DNA of 64,000 bases from an uncultured Candidatus Binatia bacterium. Lineage in GTDB: Bacteria > Desulfobacterota > Binatia > UBA9968 > JAJDTQ01. Where the stretch lies: positions 2,369,037 through 2,433,036 of the forward strand of contig OZ243984.1 of NCBI GenBank assembly GCA_965214905.1, in the 5' to 3' direction. Each line of letters begins with the position of its first letter. Positions within the stretch are counted from its first letter, which is position 1. Both the position numbers and the translations under genes were made by a program. Below the pieces are notes generated by a model. The model made no database searches and was not told the DNA's origin. It was given only the letters and a program-made list of their open reading frames with translations. Shown here piece by piece: positions 39,023 through 47,003 of the stretch.

Positions 39023-41391
39023 GAGACCACAACCTCGTCCGGCAGTTGCAGCACAAAACGGTGAAGGCGTCCCGTCCAGCGATTAACGTGATTGTCAAGC
39101 GTCAGGCTGCCACGATGATATTCAGCGCATTCACGCGCGATATACAAGCCAAGCCCCCGGCGCTTCGACTTCTCCTTTAGAGAGAAAAAGGCACGAAATA
39201 CGCTTTCACGATTCTCTTGAGCAATTCCGCGACTATTATCCTCATAAGTGATCGTTAGGGGGTTGCCTTCCACCGCAATGTCGATCCGCGGCTGAAAGTC
39301 GGGCTCATGCTGTTTGCGGAGGTCGAGCCAGTACAGCGAGTTGGACAAGAGGTTTTCGAAAATCTGTACGATCATGCCCTTCACCGCGTGGATGCGGACG
39401 GCGTTGTCAGGCAAGCTGAGCTTGAGTTTTACGTCATGACGTTCGAACTGAAACTCGTGCCCACTCAGCATGTCTTCAATCAACGTCCCGATATCGAAGG
39501 TCTCCTTGCGTTGTCGCCCTGATATGCTCAGTGGGTCGAGCACACGGATGCGTTTGTTAACCGACATCATTTCCGATCTGAGGGCGTTGAGCAGCCCGTC
39601 GATCTGTTCCGGCAAGTCTCTGCCGCGCAGAGCCTCAAGGGCCGCTAGCGCATTCTCGGTCGATCGCGCAAGTTCATGCGCTACAACTTCGACCAAAAGG
39701 CCCACGCCCGCCATCTGCACCATCCGTCGGTTCTCGCTCTCTACTTCGTCGATCCGGCGCTGCGTTCGGTCGAAGAATTCCTTAATCCCGAAGAGGGTGT
39801 GCTGCAACTCCTCGATCGTCTCCGAGGACTGCGGTGCAATTCGCCTGATCTGGCGGAGAGCGGCCTTCGCTCTCTCTTCGAGGTTCGACACATCGGTTTT
39901 TGCTTCGGTCATGTCGAGAGGTTGGTCCTTGTGACGACGCTCGATTTCCCGAATGAAATCGCGAAGCTGAGACTGAATAGCGAGCTGCAACAAGCTGACA
40001 AACGCCTGCTGTTCAGGGCAAACTCGCAACCCTTCGCGGTTTGTCTGGTCAATCAGCAACGGATTGCCAAGACGAGAGATTGTGACTCGTCCGACGAACT
40101 GTGTCTTGTTCAACAGATATCCGGTGCTGCCCAGAGCGCGTCGGTCCAGAGCAAGCCAGTCGTCATCATCTTCCCCATAGGGGAGTACGCGAAACCCGTC
40201 GCGGAACAGCAGGATCCCTGACCACTGTCTTTGTAGGTCACGGACGATCTTCCGATCGCCGATGCTGTCGATGTGGCCGAGTCGCTGCCGGTTAAACCAG
40301 TAGACCTCGAACTCGAACGGTCCAAGGTCATTGAGTGCGGACAACGGAACCTCGCCGGAGGTGCCGCTAACCGAACCTTCGAGGTCGGCCAGCGCGAGTT
40401 CTCTCTTCTCCACTTCGTGCGGATGCTCGAACCCAAGATCAAGTGCCTCTAAAGTGCACTGTAACGCTGGTCCTAGTTTCCTGTATACGAAGCGGCCCCT
40501 GACAGACGCATGAGCGTGCGAGAGCAGGTTTCGATCCATATGTGCCACCGGCATGCGTGTGCCGTTCCAAAAGATCGCGATGCGTGGACGCCGTTTCGCA
40601 TCGGCAAACGGGTCGGTCAGCCGCGCAAAATCATGCTTGCCGAGATATTCAACGCGATCATGCGTCCAGTCCGCAGTGAGCGCGGTCACAATCAGCTTCG
40701 TGCCGCTCCAGTTCCTGTCTGGCTTGGACATGCCGCGCTCGGGCGTGACATCAATCTCCTCCAGCATCACGTCGAGATCTTCGAAGGCTGACCAGTCGAT
40801 TTTGAGCAGGTTTAGCCGCTTGTCGCTACGCTCGGCCGTTTCGACCGTCAGCCGTTCGCCGAGCCGCATCGCCGACAGCCGACCGATGCCTTTCTCGCCG
40901 AGGAACGGCGGGCGCCGGTCTCCGGCGTGATGTCCCGCAAGGGCCGCATCGATCTCGCGTTTGCGCGATGCCGTGCCGATGACGAGATAGTTGTCTATCA
41001 AATCCTGTCGCGACATCCCCGAGCCTTCGTCGGACATGATGACCTTGTTCTCCGAAGCGTGCACGGAGTCCAGCGCCCCAACAAGTTCTTCCAGATTATC
41101 CGCGCCCTGTATCGCTTCGCGGAAACGGTTCAGCGAGTCCTTGGGCGCCGATTGGTCCAGTGATTTCTGAATATCGGATTTCAGACGCTCTATATCTGCT
41201 AGTCCTTCGACCGCCCGATGACGGAATTTCAGGTAATCGTTCCGTCTCAGGATGATCTCGAAACGAATCTCTGCTCCCGTCGGAGACTCGGCATCGAATG
41301 CATTCTTGATAAGTTCATAGAACGCGATGATATCGGAGCTGATAAGTTCAGCGCCTAGCTCCAGAACTGTCCGGGCACAAATCTTGAACAA
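39019..41391 (-). CDS. GHKL (MORC/Hsp90-like) ATPase fused to histidine kinase
   Basis: N-terminal GHKL: ELIKNAFDA, DEGSGMS, GEKGIGRLS, GTKL. C-terminal kinase: H-box VAHEL, N-box ENLLSNS, DNSRGI, FFSLK, GLGLYIA. No TM segment. TTG start after GGAG. Confidence 0.85.
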   Translation of the reverse strand: MFKICARTVLELGAELISSDIIAFYELIKNAFDAESPTGAEIRFEIILRRNDYLKFRHRAVEGLADIERLKSDIQKSLDQSAPKDSLNRFREAIQGADNLEELVGALDSVHASENKVIMSDEGSGMSRQDLIDNYLVIGTASRKREIDAALAGHHAGDRRPPFLGEKGIGRLSAMRLGERLTVETAERSDKRLNLLKIDWSAFEDLDVMLEEIDVTPERGMSKPDRNWSGTKLIVTALTADWTHDRVEYLGKHDFARLTDPFADAKRRPRIAIFWNGTRMPVAHMDRNLLSHAHASVRGRFVYRKLGPALQCTLEALDLGFEHPHEVEKRELALADLEGSVSGTSGEVPLSALNDLGPFEFEVYWFNRQRLGHIDSIGDRKIVRDLQRQWSGILLFRDGFRVLPYGEDDDDWLALDRRALGSTGYLLNKTQFVGRVTISRLGNPLLIDQTNREGLRVCPEQQAFVSLLQLAIQSQLRDFIREIERRHKDQPLDMTEAKTDVSNLEERAKAALRQIRRIAPQSSETIEELQHTLFGIKEFFDRTQRRIDEVESENRRMVQMAGVGLLVEVVAHELARSTENALAALEALRGRDLPEQIDGLLNALRSEMMSVNKRIRVLDPLSISGRQRKETFDIGTLIEDMLSGHEFQFERHDVKLKLSLPDNAVRIHAVKGMIVQIFENLLSNSLYWLDLRKQHEPDFQPRIDIAVEGNPLTITYEDNSRGIAQENRESVFRAFFSLKEKSKRRGLGLYIARECAEYHRGSLTLDNHVNRWTGRLHRFVLQLPDEVVVS

Positions 41392-41505
41392 GCCAACTAT
41401 CTCCGTTTGTTACGCGGCTTCCCAATTACTCCTGCCCAATTGCTGCCAGCAAATTCGACTCTTCTCCAAGCATTTTCACCAAACGAACTCGACATACACC
41501 TGCTC

Positions 41506-41967
41506 CTACGCGGCCTTCTCTTTGCGCAAAAGAGTGTCAACGGCGTCCGACAGGTTCCAGATCGGTTCCGCACTGCCGTCCTGGAGCATTTCGATGACGC
41601 GTGGCAGACCCGCGGCTGCCAAGCCGTTGGCAAGGGTCATCATCTTGCGCGGGTCCGACACGATCCGGATGTCGCCCGTCTTGCCGATTGCGATCAACAT
41701 CAGCGTGTCGACGCGCCACGGGTCGTTGCCGAAGATCGAACCGTCGATGATTTTCCGCGTGTCGTGTGTCGCCACGTCGGCAGGGGCTAGGCCGAGCCGC
41801 GTCGCAACGCAGACGGATAGGAACCAGAGATCGACCATGCGCGGAAACGGGCTCTGGTCCATCACCGGGTTGGCGCTGCGCTGGCAATACCGCGTGAACG
41901 CCTCGTGGAACTCCACCGGCACGTTGATGTCGATTGCCTGGAACGGGTTGAAGTAGCGATCTGCCAT
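41506..41967 (-). CDS. pbeD: PbeD-like / DndE-like small phosphorothioation-associated protein
   Basis: 153 aa directly after the SMC-like ATPase. FPRMVDLWFLSVCVA and ANGLAAAGLP resemble Dnd-associated small proteins. Assigned mostly by position. Confidence 0.5.
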   Translation of the reverse strand: MADRYFNPFQAIDINVPVEFHEAFTRYCQRSANPVMDQSPFPRMVDLWFLSVCVATRLGLAPADVATHDTRKIIDGSIFGNDPWRVDTLMLIAIGKTGDIRIVSDPRKMMTLANGLAAAGLPRVIEMLQDGSAEPIWNLSDAVDTLLRKEKAA

Positions 41968-41976
41968 CGTCGCCCT

Positions 41977-44115
41977 CTATGACGCCATGTCCAGTTCGAC
42001 GCGCGCATCCGGGCGACGCTGACAGAGCCGGCAATCGCCTTTGTGATTGCACCTGCAACGGAGGACTTTGCGTTCCTCGACTCCCGGATCGTTCAAGAGC
42101 ATCTTCGGGTAGTGTGCCGGATTGGTCAGGGTGAACACCACCCCGGCGCCCTGGTCGATGATGTCCTCGCAGCCCGCGATTTCATCGTGCGTCAGAAACA
42201 GAATCAGTTGAGTGCTCTCCTGTATCGCCGTGCGCAGGATGGAGCGCTTTACGAACCCGCTCGTCATCCCGAGCGGGGTGTCTATCACGTTCGGCGCTTC
42301 GACTTCGCTCACCTTCGTCAGCGCGAGAATGAAGGCGAGCGTCAGCGCCCGTCGCGATGCTCCGTTCAGGTCCCGGTCGGGGTTGAGTGTCTTGTTGTTC
42401 GGCCCGTAAACGATGATGTCGAATTCCTGGCTGATCTCGGTGCGCTGAATAATCGCACCCTGTTCCGGATCCGCGCCGATCATCTTCAGAAACAGGCTGT
42501 TCATCAGATCGCTGACTTTCTGCAATTCCTCTTTTGTGATCCGCTCATACGCGCTTTGCAGCACCTTCATTACATCTTTGGTGACGTCCCGCTCAGCCAG
42601 AATCCGCGCTCCCTTCTTATCTTCACGCAACAGATGATCACGCTTGGCTTCCAGCTTTTCTTGATTGCGCCGCAGCTCGATGAGTTGGGTTTCAAAGGCC
42701 GACCGATCCGACAGGCGGCGGTCGCGCTGCTCCATGTACACGCGGCGTGTTTCGCGGAGACCCTGAACATTCGTGTCGGGCAGCGAGTCCAGTTTCTGTT
42801 CCAAGGCCCGGAACCTCCGGCCGGCTTCGTCGCGAAAGTGCTGAAGACCGTTACGCTGCTCAATGACCTTCTTGTAGTCCTCAAGCCACGCGTTCGACCC
42901 GACGTCGCTGCCAGCCTGCAAGGGTTTCGCACCGAAGTACAGGTTGGTGACCAACTCCTCGGTTGCGTCGGCGTCGTGGCTTTCGTCGATCAGCTTCCGG
43001 ATATGTACGCGCCGCTTGTTGCCACCCGGGTCGCCGGGTTCCAAGGTTTCGCCGCAGATGCAGATTTCCGCTGCGAGACGTTCCTGAAGCACGGGGACCG
43101 TTGTGTTCGGGATCTTGCCCTGGTCGTGTAGCTCTTCCAGCTTTTCGAAAGCACGACCAAGCACCGGAGCGAGCAAGTCGGTCGCAATAGACCGGCTGCG
43201 AAACAGCTCTGAGTGGGCCTTGTTCGCCTCGACAAGCTGCCCGTCGAGCCGCTTGATCTCGTCCCTTTCGTGTTCGAGGTCTCGGCGCAGCTTTTCCTTG
43301 TCACCTTTCTGGAGGGATGCGGCGATCTTGCGGTCGATCCCGTCGACCTTCTCGTCGAGGTCCCCGAACTGCTGTTTTGCCTCGTCAAGACCGGATTCGA
43401 GGTTCTCACGCTGCTTCCCCAGCGCTTCGAGGCTCGAGGCGATCGTGCTCAGTTCGCCGCCCGTGCGGACCTGCTTTGCCTTCTTGTTCACTTCCGTCTC
43501 CGATTTGTGTACATGCTTGATCGCGTTGTCGATCACGCCGAGCCCGAGAAGGGAACGTATCGCCCGTTGCACGCGTTCGCGTTTGGCGGATAGGGTGACA
43601 TCCGCCTCGATGAAGCGCAGCGCGCGGTCGCCGTCCGTGAAAAAGACATCCCTTAGCTCCGGCGGCAGTTCGTCGTTGATCAGCGATTCCGGCGCCTCAA
43701 AAAGACTTGCGCCGGTGTCGGTCAGTTGGAAAAGCCTGACTGTAGAGGCGGAGCGCACATGCGTATCTACGTCCTCGAACGAAGAACGCACGAGGCGGTA
43801 GCGCCAGCGGGTTTCGCGCAATTCCCCGTCGACCTGCCGGTAGTTCCTAATCTCGAATTCGACCGTGGCCGTGATCGGCACACTCTTGCCATCCCTCGCA
43901 TCCCAGTCGATGGGATGCAGGCGAAACCCCTGGCCCTTGCCGGGCAGAGCCGCGTCGCCGTAGAGGGCCCATTGAAGGCCGTGGAGGATCGAGGTCTTCC
44001 CGGACTCATTCGAGGCGCGGATAACCGTCAGCTTCCTGTCGGGATCGCTGGAGAATTCAAGCTCAAGGTCTCGGAGCAGCCGAAAGTTCTGAAATTCGGC
44101 GCGAAGCAGCTTCAT
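41977..44115 (-). CDS. pbeC: SMC/Rad50-like CxC ATPase (PbeC/DndD-like)
   Basis: FQNFR, Walker A ASNESGKTS, FFTDGD, long coiled coil with central CICG hook, signature LNGAS, Walker B VIDTPLG, LFLTHDE. Confidence 0.72.
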   Translation of the reverse strand: MKLLRAEFQNFRLLRDLELEFSSDPDRKLTVIRASNESGKTSILHGLQWALYGDAALPGKGQGFRLHPIDWDARDGKSVPITATVEFEIRNYRQVDGELRETRWRYRLVRSSFEDVDTHVRSASTVRLFQLTDTGASLFEAPESLINDELPPELRDVFFTDGDRALRFIEADVTLSAKRERVQRAIRSLLGLGVIDNAIKHVHKSETEVNKKAKQVRTGGELSTIASSLEALGKQRENLESGLDEAKQQFGDLDEKVDGIDRKIAASLQKGDKEKLRRDLEHERDEIKRLDGQLVEANKAHSELFRSRSIATDLLAPVLGRAFEKLEELHDQGKIPNTTVPVLQERLAAEICICGETLEPGDPGGNKRRVHIRKLIDESHDADATEELVTNLYFGAKPLQAGSDVGSNAWLEDYKKVIEQRNGLQHFRDEAGRRFRALEQKLDSLPDTNVQGLRETRRVYMEQRDRRLSDRSAFETQLIELRRNQEKLEAKRDHLLREDKKGARILAERDVTKDVMKVLQSAYERITKEELQKVSDLMNSLFLKMIGADPEQGAIIQRTEISQEFDIIVYGPNNKTLNPDRDLNGASRRALTLAFILALTKVSEVEAPNVIDTPLGMTSGFVKRSILRTAIQESTQLILFLTHDEIAGCEDIIDQGAGVVFTLTNPAHYPKMLLNDPGVEERKVLRCRCNHKGDCRLCQRRPDARVELDMAS

Positions 44116-44357
44116 GAGTCCGATTCCTCCGTCCGTGCGTCCTGACCGCGATGAGACGTCAGGAACTGCGCAGCGGCGTTGCATTTGTCGTTTATCTTCT
44201 TCTGGATGTTAGTCGCTGACACACGATGAGCTCGCTCATCTTGCAGAACTTCGACGGTCACTTTCCTGATCCGGTCCCTGTAGCCCTTGCACCGTTCCTC
44301 AATCCCATCGCATTCCTCAAGGATGATCGAGAATATCTTGTTTTCGTTCAGCGGCAT
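44112..44357 (-). CDS. pbeB: PbeB-like small protein
   Basis: 81-aa helical protein between the helicase and ATPase. RBS GGGGGAGG; ATGA overlap with pbeC. Confidence 0.55.
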   Translation of the reverse strand: MPLNENKIFSIILEECDGIEERCKGYRDRIRKVTVEVLQDERAHRVSATNIQKKINDKCNAAAQFLTSHRGQDARTEESDS

Positions 44358-44376
44358 CTGGCCTCCCCCCGAGCTG

Positions 44377-46536
44377 CTACAGGTATACAGCGTCTACCAT
44401 TCTGTCAATGGTCGCCAGCGGTCCGTCCGGCCTGCCCGCGTTTTTTGCCAACCGGGCAAACTCCTGCGCCCGGCGCAGTTCCGAGCGCACGAGCGCCCGC
44501 GCGTCGGCATCGAGCCCTTCGTCCATGCCGGGCGGCAGCGCCAGCAGGTCGTGAATGACGCTGTGCGTCTTGCCGATGGCGCTGCATGTGCGCAACAGTC
44601 GCCCTCGCCGCTGCACCCATTGTCGCTCAACCGTTGTGCTCGCGAGGACGAACGCCTTGCATATCTGCGGGATGTTCACGCCTTCGTCGAGCACGCGCTT
44701 TGCGGTGAGGACCTGGATTTCACCGTCCTGGAAGGACTGTATGATCCGCTTCGTCCGCTCGCGGTTTGCCGTCTCTTCGGCCGTGAGCTGGTGGAACAGA
44801 ATGCATCTGTCTCGCAGCAGGCGGTTCACGTTGTCGATCTGGCTCGGCCCCTTGTCGGAAGTGTAGACGAGCGTGTGTCGCAGGCTGCGGTTATCCTGCT
44901 TGTCAAGCAGCGCGTTCAGCATCGGGACTTTCCCCGATGCCGTTTCCAGCAACGCGCGGCGGTCCCGCAAAAGCTTGGCGAGGTGGTCGTCCGGCTTGTC
45001 GCCCTCGCTGCGCCACGCGTTCTGCTTGATCTTGCCGGTCAGATCGAACCAGTCGTCCATCTCGGTGTTCGTCAGGTACACCGGATGGACGTAATAGTCG
45101 TACTCCACAAGGCAGCGGCCTATGGCTTCTTCGAGCGTGAAGCGAAACGCAACGGGGCCAAAGAACCCGAACAGCGCTTCGGTCCCTTCCTCGTCGTACT
45201 GACGTATCGGTGTGGCCGAGAGGCCGAGGCGATGCTCGAAGAATTCCGGCGGGTTAGCGATGAAGGAGTGCCGCCCCAAGTTGTGCGCCTCGTCCGCGAT
45301 CAGCAAGCGCACACAGTCGAACGCTCCGACGGCGTCACGGAATTCCGGAGTACACAACGTATCGTGACTTACGACGATGGTTTCGACGTTCGACACTCCG
45401 GTGCGCAGCCGCCGCTCCAGTTTTTTCAACTCGCGTGCGCGCTTTGCAATACCGCCCGCCGTCGTGAGATTGACCGGCTTCAAGCCGAACGGCGCAATTT
45501 CATCGCACCACTGTTCGATCAACGGCACATAAGGCGCGGCGACTACAATCAGGAGCGGCTTGTGCCGTTGGTAGAGGCGGTACGCGCCGATCATGGATGT
45601 GATCGTCTTGCCCGAGCCGGTCGCCATTTCCAGAACGCCGCGATACCCCGCCTCGCACCATGCCTCGACCGCTTTTCCTTGGTGTTCGAAAGGTCCGTCT
45701 TCATAACTCAGCCAGCCCGGTATCGCGAAACTCGTCGCCGGTACTGAAACGGCCTTGTAGGGTTCCGGCTCCTCCGCTACGCCTGCCGCGCGACCATAGA
45801 GAGCACGCAGCTCATCTTCGGTCGGTGGGAATTCTGAACTGTAAGTCCGCAGCAGGCGCTGTCTGACCGCCTCCGGCATTGCTATAACGATACAGTTTTC
45901 GTCCTTGTTCTCCCACAACCGGCCGAATTCGGTGCGAAGCTTGTCAGTAATATAACGCTGATTCGGGTCCTGCCATGACCTGGACACGGCGATCTGTTCA
46001 ACGTTCCTCCAAATGCCTGCAACGGTTACGTTGCTCGACCCGTGCGCCGCGGCGACATCCGCCCTGTTCTCGAAGAGCCAGACCTTGGGATGAAAGAGAG
46101 CATCCTTCATCAGGGCGATCTTGATTTCGATTCTGCGCTCCCGAAGCAGCCACGACAGGCACTTCAGAGTATGGAGTTGAAGCAGGTCCTCCGTGACGGT
46201 CAGTTCTTCGAGAATCCCGCCCGCTATTGCTTCCGCTGATTTCAGGCCGTCCTCTATGGCCGCTTGGTCTTCGCGCCGTAGCAGGGGGCTTACGATAAGC
46301 CGGAAGCTGTTCTCGGAACCGGAGACGTAAGTCGCGAGGCCGGGGGCGAGCGAGGCCAGCACCTCGCTTGAGAAGAACCCAACCATGCAATCGACCTTCC
46401 CTGCCACCCGGAAGCCCGGAATCAGGACTTCCTCTGCCAGCGGATCCGCTGGCAGCATGTAGAGTGGCCGGACTCCGTCCAGTAACCGCAGCGGTCCTTC
46501 CGCCGTTGCGATCACGGGATCGTCCTGCATGTCCAT
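44377..46536 (-). CDS. pbeA: PLD-like nuclease + SF2 (DEAH) helicase (PbeA-like)
   Basis: VGFFSS, FHPKVWLF..HGSSN (HxK..GSxN PLD), MATGSGKT, DEAH, SAT, LDEGVNIP, QRRGRLLR. ATG 46536 follows AAGGAGG. Confidence 0.75.
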   Translation of the reverse strand: MDMQDDPVIATAEGPLRLLDGVRPLYMLPADPLAEEVLIPGFRVAGKVDCMVGFFSSEVLASLAPGLATYVSGSENSFRLIVSPLLRREDQAAIEDGLKSAEAIAGGILEELTVTEDLLQLHTLKCLSWLLRERRIEIKIALMKDALFHPKVWLFENRADVAAAHGSSNVTVAGIWRNVEQIAVSRSWQDPNQRYITDKLRTEFGRLWENKDENCIVIAMPEAVRQRLLRTYSSEFPPTEDELRALYGRAAGVAEEPEPYKAVSVPATSFAIPGWLSYEDGPFEHQGKAVEAWCEAGYRGVLEMATGSGKTITSMIGAYRLYQRHKPLLIVVAAPYVPLIEQWCDEIAPFGLKPVNLTTAGGIAKRARELKKLERRLRTGVSNVETIVVSHDTLCTPEFRDAVGAFDCVRLLIADEAHNLGRHSFIANPPEFFEHRLGLSATPIRQYDEEGTEALFGFFGPVAFRFTLEEAIGRCLVEYDYYVHPVYLTNTEMDDWFDLTGKIKQNAWRSEGDKPDDHLAKLLRDRRALLETASGKVPMLNALLDKQDNRSLRHTLVYTSDKGPSQIDNVNRLLRDRCILFHQLTAEETANRERTKRIIQSFQDGEIQVLTAKRVLDEGVNIPQICKAFVLASTTVERQWVQRRGRLLRTCSAIGKTHSVIHDLLALPPGMDEGLDADARALVRSELRRAQEFARLAKNAGRPDGPLATIDRMVDAVYL

Positions 46537-46574
46537 GTCGGCTATGTCGCCTCCTTCTCGTGTTCCTACCATCT

Positions 46575-46640
46575 CCGTACGCTTCGACCGGCGTGCGACC
46601 GGCCAGTGCCGAGTGCGGGCGCACCTCGTTGCAGTTGGCC
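46575..46640 (-). mobile_element. IS3/IS481-like transposase C-terminal remnant
   Basis: Minus frame reads NCNEVRPHSALAGRTPVEAYG, matching the YNxxRPHSALxxxTP end of integrase-core transposases. Confidence 0.6.
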
Positions 46641-47003
46641 AGGAGCAGCACGTCTATCTGCTGTCGTTCTACGAACAGTAGCTTGTCTTTGCCCATCGGG
46701 CGGCTGAACTGCGTTCCTACAACCTGGGAGCAGCCGCTGTGGGTGTGCGTGGGCAGCAACGTCAGCGCCGTCCGAACCGAAGGCGGACCAGAGCGCCGCG
46801 ACATGCTCACAGCAGCCCGGTCTTTTGCATCGCACGCTGTGGGACGTCGCCTGGGCCACCGAAACCATCGCGCGACTTCTGGAAGGCGCGTCGGCGTTTG
46901 CCGGCGCGTAAGGCATGGACGTTTTCGAGGACAAGTACACGTACCTGCGCAACGGTGGCGGCGCCAGCGCGCCAGCCGTGTATCAGGGGCATACTCGCGC
47001 GGT

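Noticed and set aside
41506-44115. dndD-dndE of a classical Dnd modification cluster
   Set aside because: No dndB or dndC upstream. The genes follow a PLD-helicase and a small ORF, which is the pbeABCD layout.
46915-47003. MDVFEDKYTYLR.. fragment reminiscent of a type III restriction subunit
   Set aside because: Too short and weak to call without a search.
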